Below, in pieces: positions 37,038 through 45,699 of a DNA stretch of 53,830 bases (its first letter is position 1; every line of letters starts with the position of its first letter). The translations under genes were made by a program, and so were the position numbers. Under the pieces are notes generated by a model. That model had not been told where the DNA came from. It made no database searches and was given only the letters and a program-made list of their open reading frames with translations. This DNA comes from an uncultured virus (IMG/VR IMGVR_UViG_3300044858_003318) (Duplodnaviria > Heunggongvirae > Uroviricota > Caudoviricetes): IMG/VR virus record IMGVR_UViG_3300044858_003318, one strand, 5' to 3'.

Positions 37038-38276
37038 CTATCCAACATATATTTTCAATGGAACTTTTGCTAAAATTTCATGCATCTGAGTTGATTCAGC
37101 ATTTTGTCGTGTTAGCATTTGTTCTTTTGTCAATTTATCTAAAAATTCTCTCAACTGCGTTATTAATGCATCTTTTTCCGATTGTCCCTGTGAAATTAAA
37201 TCTCCACCGTTCAATGTAACTTCGGAATTAGGTATTGGAATTGATGAATATTTATTACGTACAAATCCTAACATTTCTTTTACAAGTGCAGCACCATATT
37301 TAATTATCCAAGATCGCCCCATATCATTAATGCTACTGTATGTTTGATATGTATATGGTATATTAGATGCGTCACTCACAACGCCGTTTAAAAGTGCTGT
37401 ATTACCAAATAATAAGGCATCCTTATCTTTTTCATCGGCAAATATATATTCTACCCATACTTGACCATAGAATATAGTAGATGCTGAACTACCGGTGCCT
37501 GATGTTGGTATTGGATAAAACTTAATATCATCGCCATGTATTTCAAATGAATAATGAGACTTACGTACCTGGTCATTGAATTCAATCGATTGTAGTCTTA
37601 ACAAATCTGCATGTATTGGCATCATCATGAAACTAATAGAAGGTGAAAATCCTCCAAAGTTAAATGAATCTAAAAGTTGTTGCGATCCTAATCCAGTACC
37701 AACAAATGGATCAAAATATCTAACAATTGCTGGCGGTGGTGTATGTAATACTCGTTTAATTTCAATTGAGCTAGTTGGAGATAATGATGATGATTCTGCT
37801 GCTAATGATGAAGATACAGCTGCGCGCATACTATATGTCTGCTGACCAGGAATCATATCTATCTGTACTTTTCTCCATTTTACAGTACCACCAGAATCAG
37901 CTTCAGTACCATATGCTCTAGATAGTTTTGTAATGTATCCTAAAGAGCTTCCAACTACTGCTCCGGTAAAACCTTGCGGACCTAAGAAGCTAGATCCGGT
38001 TTGGATACCCAATGTACTCATCAAATTGTTAGTTATATTAATTTGATTGATTTGATTTGAGTATTCTATAACAGCAGCTTCAAATGCAGTATAAAAATTA
38101 ACATCAACTAATTCAACATCCATAATAGGATATCCAACATGTTGTGCTGCATATTTAGCAAATCGATCGGCTTGTTGTTGAAATAATGGATCTGTATCAA
38201 AAAATCCAAATGGTGTAGATCCAGTTGTAAATGAAGAAGAACCGGGCCATATGGGCTTTGATACACTATAATCCAT
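37038..38276 (-). CDS. Neck/adaptor protein (T4 gp13-like)
   Basis: GYPIMDVEL, WIIKYGAALVKEMLG.VR.KY, VTLNG. Confidence 0.8.
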   Translation of the reverse strand: MDYSVSKPIWPGSSSFTTGSTPFGFFDTDPLFQQQADRFAKYAAQHVGYPIMDVELVDVNFYTAFEAAVIEYSNQINQINITNNLMSTLGIQTGSSFLGPQGFTGAVVGSSLGYITKLSRAYGTEADSGGTVKWRKVQIDMIPGQQTYSMRAAVSSSLAAESSSLSPTSSIEIKRVLHTPPPAIVRYFDPFVGTGLGSQQLLDSFNFGGFSPSISFMMMPIHADLLRLQSIEFNDQVRKSHYSFEIHGDDIKFYPIPTSGTGSSASTIFYGQVWVEYIFADEKDKDALLFGNTALLNGVVSDASNIPYTYQTYSSINDMGRSWIIKYGAALVKEMLGFVRNKYSSIPIPNSEVTLNGGDLISQGQSEKDALITQLREFLDKLTKEQMLTRQNAESTQMHEILAKVPLKIYVG

Positions 38277-38301
38277 TATGTTTCCTTTTTATATATAAAT
38301 A

Positions 38302-38967
38302 TCAATACGTCTCATTTAAGAGCTTTAAAATTTCATCTAATGCTTCATGTCGATGATTATCTAACAATATAATTTCATTCACAAATCTAGACTTAGTTAA
38401 TTTAGGAACTTCATGCACTGCCGAATCATTTGTAAATTTTAAATCTATCTGATATTTATCGCCAGTTAATATCATTAAACTGTCTTTACCTAATCGAGAC
38501 AACACCATTTGTAATTGTTGTTTGGTTAAATTCTGAAATTCATCCACAATACAAATTGCATGATCAAAAGTACGTCCTCGGAAATGTGCTAAAGAAACCA
38601 ATTCAATGTTTTCTTCTTTTTCCATTTTTTCCAGTATATCCGGTTTATTGTATACCTTACGCATATTGCTTCGAAGCGGCACTAACCATGGCTCCATCTT
38701 TTCATTCAATGAGCCGGGTAAAAATCCATTATCTTCATTTGATACGGTAGGACGTGTTATAATGATTTTGTTTATTTGTCGTTTAAAAAACATATCCAAA
38801 GCAATTTGGACTGCTAACAAGGTTTTACCAGACCCAGCTTTACCTAGTATAAAATTGAATGGTGTTTCAATAATTTTTGCTTTTGCTAGTTTTTGTTCTT
38901 CTGATAATGTTATTGAAAATTTAATGTCGTTCTTCGGTGGAGTTTTCTCCTTGTTTGATGTTGTCAT
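38302..38967 (-). CDS. phoH: PhoH-family ATPase
   Basis: GKAGSGKT, ITRP, GFLPG, RGRTF, VDEFQN, GDKYQID. Confidence 0.95.
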   Translation of the reverse strand: MTTSNKEKTPPKNDIKFSITLSEEQKLAKAKIIETPFNFILGKAGSGKTLLAVQIALDMFFKRQINKIIITRPTVSNEDNGFLPGSLNEKMEPWLVPLRSNMRKVYNKPDILEKMEKEENIELVSLAHFRGRTFDHAICIVDEFQNLTKQQLQMVLSRLGKDSLMILTGDKYQIDLKFTNDSAVHEVPKLTKSRFVNEIILLDNHRHEALDEILKLLNETY

Positions 38968-38989
38968 AGTAACCTGTTTTAAGTTAAAA

Positions 38990-39265
38990 TTAAAATAATT
39001 TTGTAAGTGTAGATTCTCGAAGTGTCATGTCTTTAAGTGTTTCAATCTTACCTAAACAGGCTTGACGGATAGCTTTAAACGTGTCATGAGGAGAATGAGG
39101 TGTCATTACTTTGATGGTAATTAATTCTTTATCTGGACCTAAGTCTTGTTCGATATGAACCATTAATACCAAACTAATTGCTCGTATACGATCTAATACA
39201 TCGACTAAACGACCATCATATCGTATAATTGTTTGCATTGAATACTTGTTATAAGGTACTGCCAT
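38990..39265 (-). CDS. Hypothetical protein
   Basis: 91-aa ORF with class B motif upstream. Confidence 0.75.
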   Translation of the reverse strand: MAVPYNKYSMQTIIRYDGRLVDVLDRIRAISLVLMVHIEQDLGPDKELITIKVMTPHSPHDTFKAIRQACLGKIETLKDMTLRESTLTKLF

Positions 39266-39296
39266 ATTATTTCTTTTAATATAAATATTGAACAGT

Positions 39297-39324
39297 AAAA
39301 AAGGGTGACCGAAGCCACCCCTTT
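39297..39324 (-). terminator. Intrinsic terminator with cUUCGg loop after the major capsid gene
   Basis: GGGUGGC-UUCG-GUCACCC-UUUUUU. Confidence 0.9.
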
Positions 39325-39346
39325 CCTATTCGTTAAATATTAAATA

Positions 39347-40996
39347 CTATAGAGTATCTAATCCACGTACATATACCTTCCCATAAAATTCGGGGCGGAC
39401 CACTTTCTTCGCGTAACGTGTCATAACACCTTTACGTGGAGTGAAGTTAACTGGATCGTATACCAACGGAGTCATGATAAGTGGAATGTATGGGCTAAAT
39501 ACAGCACCTGTTTCTAGGAACTGTGCTCCACGGAATCCCATAAGGATTACATTCTCTTTCATGTATGGGTTTTTGTAAACTGTGTAACGGTTATTGATTG
39601 CACCAATTTTTTGTACACCAGCTGCAAATTCCATTTTAGTTCCATCTGTGTCAGCAGCAAATCCTGGGATAGACTCAAGGATAGTTGCAACAGCAGGAGA
39701 AGTTACAAGGAAGTTAGCACCACCACGCAATGTTTTTTGGTGAATTTTATTAGATACTTTTTGAAGTTTAGTACCTAATGTTTGGAACCAACCACCTTGA
39801 GTGTTATAGAAACCACCAGTAGTAGTAGAAGTTTGAGTGAAACCAGTTCCGTTCCATACTTCGTTGTTAACTGCTGACCAATACTCAGTTGTTGGAGCTG
39901 CTGCGATCAACATGTCAAGGATCTCAAGATCGATTTCCATTGATACATACTCAGAAAGCATTGAAGTCAATTCAGCTTCAGCATCAATTGAGTGGTAAGC
40001 ATTAAGGTCTTGAGCAAATTCAGGAGTCCAAACTGCTTTCAACTTACGTGTTTTAGCAACAATTGGTTCTGATTGCATTTCAAGATTGATTTCTGGGATA
40101 TCAATATCAATACCAGTATTAATACCTGTGTTAGCAGAAGATCCTTTAAATGGATTTTTATCTTCAAAATCACCTCTAGTAATATCAGTAGGTTGTTTGC
40201 TATAATTCAATTTGAAATTAGATGCACTAATTGCAGTTTGAATTGCAATTGCTTGAGTTGCAGTTACAACGAATGACGCAGTGTAGTTGCTAGTAATTGT
40301 TGAGAAAGCTTGTACCGGTACAATTTCTGTGTTAGCAGAACCAGAACTAAGTGTAAATGCACGAACTGCATATAAATCAGCATCTGTTGGTACGTTAACT
40401 GTAACAACTTTATAATTTGATGATCCGTTTGTAAAATCTGAATCGAAATTTAAAGATGCAGATGATGGTGCAGAACCAGTTGCTGCAGTTACTGTCGAAC
40501 TAACGTTATGAATTGAATATCCAAAACGACCTGCTCCATAAAGACCTCCAGCTGCGTCAGATCCAGTTGTAGTAACACCAAACATTGAATCTAATGCATT
40601 AGGATTTCCAAATGGATCACCTGTACGGTTCAAGTTGTCATCATCGAATCCTGGTTGTGCTGTACCATATTTGAAATCAAGATAGAAAATAAGTCCTGAT
40701 GGCAAGTTCATTGGTTGAACTGAAACGAATTCTTTAGCTGCAAATTCAGCAAAGATACGACGTACCAATGGAAGAGCTACACCAGCCCATTCTTCAGATC
40801 CTGCAGCAACACCCGTAGATGATGCTTCTTTTACTAATTGACGTGCTTGGTTTTCAAGCAATTGAGCCATACCTGCTTTTTCGGTTTCGCCCTTAAGACC
40901 TTCTAATAGACCGGTCTTTTCCCATTTTGCTGCTAACGCTTTTGCTTGATTTCTTTGTACAAAATCGTTAGTTTGCAATAAATTTGAAATACTCAT
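39347..40996 (-). CDS. Major capsid protein (T4 gp23-like)
   Basis: KWEKTGLLEG, LPLVRR, VQPMNLPSG, KTRKLKAVWTPE.AQDL.A.H..DAEAEL, GVMTRY. Confidence 0.98.
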   Translation of the reverse strand: MSISNLLQTNDFVQRNQAKALAAKWEKTGLLEGLKGETEKAGMAQLLENQARQLVKEASSTGVAAGSEEWAGVALPLVRRIFAEFAAKEFVSVQPMNLPSGLIFYLDFKYGTAQPGFDDDNLNRTGDPFGNPNALDSMFGVTTTGSDAAGGLYGAGRFGYSIHNVSSTVTAATGSAPSSASLNFDSDFTNGSSNYKVVTVNVPTDADLYAVRAFTLSSGSANTEIVPVQAFSTITSNYTASFVVTATQAIAIQTAISASNFKLNYSKQPTDITRGDFEDKNPFKGSSANTGINTGIDIDIPEINLEMQSEPIVAKTRKLKAVWTPEFAQDLNAYHSIDAEAELTSMLSEYVSMEIDLEILDMLIAAAPTTEYWSAVNNEVWNGTGFTQTSTTTGGFYNTQGGWFQTLGTKLQKVSNKIHQKTLRGGANFLVTSPAVATILESIPGFAADTDGTKMEFAAGVQKIGAINNRYTVYKNPYMKENVILMGFRGAQFLETGAVFSPYIPLIMTPLVYDPVNFTPRKGVMTRYAKKVVRPEFYGKVYVRGLDTL

Positions 40997-41020
40997 TTTT
41001 GTTTTCCTTTTTTTTAATGT

Positions 41021-41992
41021 TTATAGCAATCCTGCTAATTTTTTCCAACGGTTAGCTAATTCAAACCCTTCAGATAAAACTTGTGTTGTTGCTTTGCTAG
41101 GAGCTGTTGTTGCAACTGCTTTAGATGCATACGACTCTTTAACTACACGTTTTTTAACTGGACGAGTGAATGATTCAGCCAATGTAGTGAATACTAATTT
41201 AACTTCTCTCGTTGTTCCGGCACGATCAAAATTTTCAATTACTTTCATTTTTTGAGTTTCGTTTAACTCAAAGTTACGGAACAATTTGTTTGTGTAAAGA
41301 AGTTTTGCATTTAAAAGATTAACTTCAGAAAGAATAGACTTAAGTTCATGAACCGTACGGTAAGCTTCTTTAAGTTCTTCTTCTTTAGCTTCCATTTCTT
41401 CTTTCATGTGATCTGCCTCTTCATCTTCTTCTGCTTCTTCCTCTTCACGTAAGATTGCTTCAATGATAGAATCGATATTTTCAGACATCATTTCATCATC
41501 TTCGTCAGACATATAGCCATCTGCAACGATTTCTTCGTCAACATCTGTTTCCATTTCTGGTTCTGTTTCCATTTCTAAATCGCCTTCAAGCTCACGAATG
41601 ATTGCTTCTAAATTTAGATCTTCTTCACCCTCTTCAGAAAATTCATCAGCTTCAATTTCTGCAGGTACGTCTGCCGGCATTTCTTCGTCAGCTGGTTCGT
41701 TAATTTCATAATCATAAGTTTCATCACCTACTGAAAATGAAATGTCATTGTCAACCCACTCAACTCCTTCGCCTTCGCCTTCCATACCAGCGTCAACATC
41801 CATTGAATCCATTTCTACATCCGCTTCCATCGCATCTTCGTCAGCCAATTCATTTTCGATTTCTGTTGCCAGCATCTCTTTAATTCTTGGTGCGAAAGCT
41901 TCTTGAAGCGCAAGTTTTGCGTTTGCTAATGCAGTTTCTTTAACAGCACGTGCATCAGCGATTGCTTCTTTTAGCAAATCTGATTTTGCCAT
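41021..41992 (-). CDS. Prohead scaffold/core protein (T4 gp22-like)
   Basis: Very acidic coiled coil immediately upstream of the capsid gene; several L/I/V-x-E sites. Confidence 0.85.
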   Translation of the reverse strand: MAKSDLLKEAIADARAVKETALANAKLALQEAFAPRIKEMLATEIENELADEDAMEADVEMDSMDVDAGMEGEGEGVEWVDNDISFSVGDETYDYEINEPADEEMPADVPAEIEADEFSEEGEEDLNLEAIIRELEGDLEMETEPEMETDVDEEIVADGYMSDEDDEMMSENIDSIIEAILREEEEAEEDEEADHMKEEMEAKEEELKEAYRTVHELKSILSEVNLLNAKLLYTNKLFRNFELNETQKMKVIENFDRAGTTREVKLVFTTLAESFTRPVKKRVVKESYASKAVATTAPSKATTQVLSEGFELANRWKKLAGLL

Positions 41993-42017
41993 TTGTTTCT
42001 CCTTAAATTTTTTTTTT

Positions 42018-42098
42018 GGAAGTAAGATTATTATGAATCTTAATAGAATATTTTTTATACATCTAAACGCTATATAATAAAAGAAAATAGCGTATTCT
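42018..42098 (-). promoter_or_regulatory. Candidate structured 5' leader of the scaffold/capsid operon
   Basis: Stems ACGCUAU/AUAGCGU, AGAAUA/UAUUCU and UAAGAUU/AAUCUUA between a class B motif and an AAGGAG SD. Confidence 0.5.
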
Positions 42099-42130
42099 TT
42101 AATAAATATATCAATGTATTAAAAAACAGT

Positions 42131-42161
42131 AAAAAAGCCCCAACTTTTTTGTTGAGGCTTT
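42131..42161 (-). terminator. Intrinsic terminator after bS21
   Basis: AAGCCUCAAC-loop-GUUGGGGCUU-UUUU. Confidence 0.85.
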
Positions 42162-42184
42162 AAATTATTATATTTTCGTGTTTA

Positions 42185-42427
42185 TTATTCGTTTGCTGAT
42201 TTTATACGTTGAATGTATGCAGCTTTGGTTTTTTGCTGACGATTTGTTACACTAGGTTTAATATATTCTTGTTTGTCTTTAACCCGATTCAATATGTTAG
42301 CAGATTTTACTTTACGTTTCCATGCCTTTAATGCATGTGCTAAATCCATTGCTTCTGTACCTACTACATTTATAGCTAAAGAATTACCAGGAACAATTTG
42401 TTGATGTTGTTTTTGTTTTTTACTCAT
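42185..42427 (-). CDS. rpsU: Phage-encoded 30S ribosomal protein bS21
   Basis: ALKAWKRKVK...EYIKPSVTNRQQKTKAAYIQ matches the bS21 pattern. Confidence 0.88.
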   Translation of the reverse strand: MSKKQKQHQQIVPGNSLAINVVGTEAMDLAHALKAWKRKVKSANILNRVKDKQEYIKPSVTNRQQKTKAAYIQRIKSANE

Positions 42428-42436
42428 ATAACTTGT

Positions 42437-42889
42437 TTATTTTTTAACTTTAAATTTAAATTTAGCAATTCCCGGAGACTGTGATATATAACCTTGTATT
42501 CTCTGTGAATCTTTATACGGATCCGTACCAATTCTAAAATATAGATATCCAGCTACTGCACCAGATGATGTTTTGTATAAATCTTTTGTAATTAGTTCAA
42601 ATCCTTTTTTCTTTGACCAATCAATAATATCCATCATTGTTTGTTTTGCTGTTGCCGGATCAGCAAATAACATTCGTACGCCGCCTTGATAATCAGTAAT
42701 CTTATTAACTAATTCTGCTTCTTCTAATTCAGTATTTTCTAATTTAACATCTAATCCCTGATCAGTCATTTTTTTAATATCAGGTGCAGGTGTTGTTTTC
42801 GGTAAATGTACAGATCCTTTTTTATTATTAATTGATGTTTGTTCAGTTAATCCAAAAAAGTCACGATATAGTTTTTTTAGTTTATTCAT
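42437..42889 (-). CDS. Hypothetical protein
   Basis: 150-aa ORF co-transcribed with bS21. Confidence 0.8.
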   Translation of the reverse strand: MNKLKKLYRDFFGLTEQTSINNKKGSVHLPKTTPAPDIKKMTDQGLDVKLENTELEEAELVNKITDYQGGVRMLFADPATAKQTMMDIIDWSKKKGFELITKDLYKTSSGAVAGYLYFRIGTDPYKDSQRIQGYISQSPGIAKFKFKVKK

Positions 42890-42903
42890 TTTATATTACC
42901 TTA

Positions 42904-42932
42904 ATAATAAAGTATTTTATACTAATTTCCAA
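42904..42932 (-). promoter_or_regulatory. Class A promoter TTGGAA-N17-TATTAT for the 150-aa gene and bS21
   Basis: Exact 17-nt spacer in an intergenic gap. Confidence 0.62.
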
Positions 42933-42933
42933 A

Positions 42934-43311
42934 TTATCCAACGCGGAAGTATCGGTTTAAATGCTGTCCAATATCTTCATATGCAGCTTCTAATCGTTGC
43001 TGTAATTGGTTTATTTCTTTAGAAGTAGCTTCAAATACTTTAAAAGCTTCCGTTAAACCTTTCGCATGACGACTTACAGTTACATTATCAAACCAGTCTT
43101 TATCTTCGGTCATTATTCGTTGTGATTTGTCAACGATACCACGTACGCGTTCCGTTAAATCTTTTAGTTTTCCACTTCCATATACCGATTCACCTAATGC
43201 AGAAAAATTTGCTACATCTTGCATAAACTGGCGTTTTTCTTCTTTTGTTAATGCTACTTCTTCTTCGCCAGTCATCATTTCTAAAATTCTTTTTAAATTC
43301 GGTGTATTCAT
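42934..43311 (-). CDS. Hypothetical helical head-cluster protein
   Basis: Start moved to MNTPNLKRILE (43311), just after the protease stop, with AGGA upstream. Confidence 0.78.
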   Translation of the reverse strand: MNTPNLKRILEMMTGEEEVALTKEEKRQFMQDVANFSALGESVYGSGKLKDLTERVRGIVDKSQRIMTEDKDWFDNVTVSRHAKGLTEAFKVFEATSKEINQLQQRLEAAYEDIGQHLNRYFRVG

Positions 43312-43312
43312 A

Positions 43313-43942
43313 TTATATCCTACATTTTCCATCTTCACACAATATAGATGTGATAATGTTATTAACATTTGCGTATTTATTTGTTGTTTGATTTTTATTA
43401 ACAGATTCATTCATTGATGTTGGTCGCATAAATGCACCGTGGGTTGATGGATTTGATACAAAGTCCCAACATATTAATTCAAAATCCTCTTGAACTTCTA
43501 CTGCTGACTCGTTACGTAATTCCTTTACAGATCCCAATCCTCGCGATGATATTCCCAATGTAATTCCCGCTCGGAACAACTCTTTAAGAATTTTACCAGA
43601 TGGCGTATCTAATACTTGAACTGTACCATGTAGATCATCACCACTCCACCAAATTTTAAGAATATTGTGTGACACATTATTCAAGTTAACTACCGATGAT
43701 TCTGGATGATCTAATTCACCTAATGCTCTATGTTGATCAATATATTCTCGTTGATATCTCTGGCACTCTCTATGTAATATGTTTTTAGGATATATTCGTC
43801 CATTTTGATTTTTAGCACCAGCTCTTTGTAAAACTCCTTCAACTACAAAACCACCTGGTATTCCATATGCAGCCCCATTTGATTCATTTAATGAACCAAC
43901 CGGTTTAAATGGCATATATTCTACAATTAGTTGTTTTGACAT
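43313..43942 (-). CDS. Prohead core protease (T4 gp21-like)
   Basis: NQNGRIYP, ALGELDHP, VSH, TPSGKIL, GISSRGLGS, WDFVSNPS. Confidence 0.96.
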   Translation of the reverse strand: MSKQLIVEYMPFKPVGSLNESNGAAYGIPGGFVVEGVLQRAGAKNQNGRIYPKNILHRECQRYQREYIDQHRALGELDHPESSVVNLNNVSHNILKIWWSGDDLHGTVQVLDTPSGKILKELFRAGITLGISSRGLGSVKELRNESAVEVQEDFELICWDFVSNPSTHGAFMRPTSMNESVNKNQTTNKYANVNNIITSILCEDGKCRI

Positions 43943-43943
43943 A

Positions 43944-44804
43944 TTATTCCCCTAATGATCTTATTCGTTCTGATATTTTTATTAATCTTTCTGATATTTT
44001 TTGTAACGCTTTTGTTGTCGCTGGTCCATATGATGTAGATGTTACACCAGATTCTGTTTTTAATTTTGTATTGTAATTAACCAACGTTTCAATTTCAGAA
44101 AGTTTTTTTGCAATTTCTTGTATTGTTTTCTTAACTTTAACCGAAGGTTTTATATCTTCAGATTTAAAGTTTCGATAACTTTCAATTAACTGTTCATATT
44201 TTGTTTCTATCACTTCATTAACAGTTAATGTTTTATGTTTTTTAGTAGCAGTACCTGGTTTTCCTACTAAATTTTTTGATGGATATTCATAATCAGAATG
44301 TTGCCAATCTTTACCATCAACTGCAAATGGAAATTTAGAATTATATTCTTCTTCCTCAGACTCAGGTTTTTGATACTGATCGTTATCTGTAAATGGATCG
44401 AATTTATATGTTGGTGGGGTATTTACTGATTCATATCTAGCTTGTTTACCACGCCATTTGCCTGGTTTAGCAAAAGCAGCTGGTGTATTAAATCCAGCAA
44501 CTCCCCCAGTTGTTGACATTTCATCCAATGAAATATTATGATCGATAATTTCAATATTTTGTTTAATAAACGTGTCATATAGATCTTGTATTTCTTCTCC
44601 ATTAAATGAAGCATATACATTAGATCCATATGTAGTAATTTCATTAAAACTTCTAGCAATATCCGCATATGTTTCTAAAGCTCGTTTAGCATCACGTACT
44701 GCTACTTCGATGTAGTTTGGCTCATCTAAACTAGACTTTAAATTTTCATGAACTGAATTTAATTCTAAAAATTTATCTTCAATTTCTTTAAGAAATGACC
44801 TCAT
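43944..44804 (-). CDS. Hypothetical head-cluster protein (candidate core/internal protein)
   Basis: 286 aa; multiple LxE sites (SLDE|P, SLDE|M, LIE|S). Confidence 0.78.
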   Translation of the reverse strand: MRSFLKEIEDKFLELNSVHENLKSSLDEPNYIEVAVRDAKRALETYADIARSFNEITTYGSNVYASFNGEEIQDLYDTFIKQNIEIIDHNISLDEMSTTGGVAGFNTPAAFAKPGKWRGKQARYESVNTPPTYKFDPFTDNDQYQKPESEEEEYNSKFPFAVDGKDWQHSDYEYPSKNLVGKPGTATKKHKTLTVNEVIETKYEQLIESYRNFKSEDIKPSVKVKKTIQEIAKKLSEIETLVNYNTKLKTESGVTSTSYGPATTKALQKISERLIKISERIRSLGE

Positions 44805-45655
44805 GAATGAATCCCTTTTAATTCGTCTATCAAATCAAAATAACGAAGTAATGATAAAATATGTGATTCTTTAATAGATTTCATTGTTTCAACATTACAT
44901 AACATTTCAGATAGTTTTGTTACTTTTATTTTAGTAGCAGGATCTGAGATATGCTTTGCTTGTGCAGCTAAATCTTTTTTAATAACAGGAATAACATGTT
45001 GTATATATTCCTTTAAAGCAGTAGTATCATTAACATTTGTAATATATTTGTTTAATAAACGTTTCTGAGATTCGGATAATACTGAATATTTTTTATTAAA
45101 TTTATCTACTAACATTTGATATGCTAACAAACGCATATCCTTAGATTGTGATTCAAATGTTTCGAGTATATTGTCTTTTTTTACATGGGTACGTTGTTCT
45201 GATATTAATCCATGTGTAATAATTACATTTTTACATTCTAGCAATTGTTTTGGATTATGAGTTTCATCATGTTCGAACAACATGTTAATAGATGCTAAAA
45301 CTTTGTAATTATTGATATGCATTTTTGCCATATCTGAAAAAACAAATTTTTCTGAAATTTCTTTTACTAAATTATATCGTTGTCGCTTTAATGCACTTTG
45401 ATTTAATTTAGAGTGTGCAGATTTTACTGTACGTACATAATCTAATGCCTGAGCTTCACTTTTAAATTGCTCTTTAATTAACGTGTTATACAAATGCAAT
45501 TCTTTTGCTAATTCAGTATTACGTCCAAAGTATTTTTTAATTATATCAATTGTAACCGATTTATCAGAAGATAATGTTTCAGATGTTAATTTTCTTACTA
45601 ACATTTCAAATAAAATACCCGTATTTTTATATTTCGAATGTTTTAATTTTTTCAT
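44801..45655 (-). CDS. Hypothetical helical head-cluster protein
   Basis: 284-aa ORF between portal and protease. Confidence 0.8.
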   Translation of the reverse strand: MKKLKHSKYKNTGILFEMLVRKLTSETLSSDKSVTIDIIKKYFGRNTELAKELHLYNTLIKEQFKSEAQALDYVRTVKSAHSKLNQSALKRQRYNLVKEISEKFVFSDMAKMHINNYKVLASINMLFEHDETHNPKQLLECKNVIITHGLISEQRTHVKKDNILETFESQSKDMRLLAYQMLVDKFNKKYSVLSESQKRLLNKYITNVNDTTALKEYIQHVIPVIKKDLAAQAKHISDPATKIKVTKLSEMLCNVETMKSIKESHILSLLRYFDLIDELKGIHS

Positions 45656-45699
45656 GTTTTATACGTTGCCCCGAATCTTTTAAATAAATATGTTTATAA

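Noticed and set aside
38302..38967. PhoH, GroES and thioredoxin as novel auxiliary genes
   Set aside because: These are common in large T4-like phages and have no unusual features here
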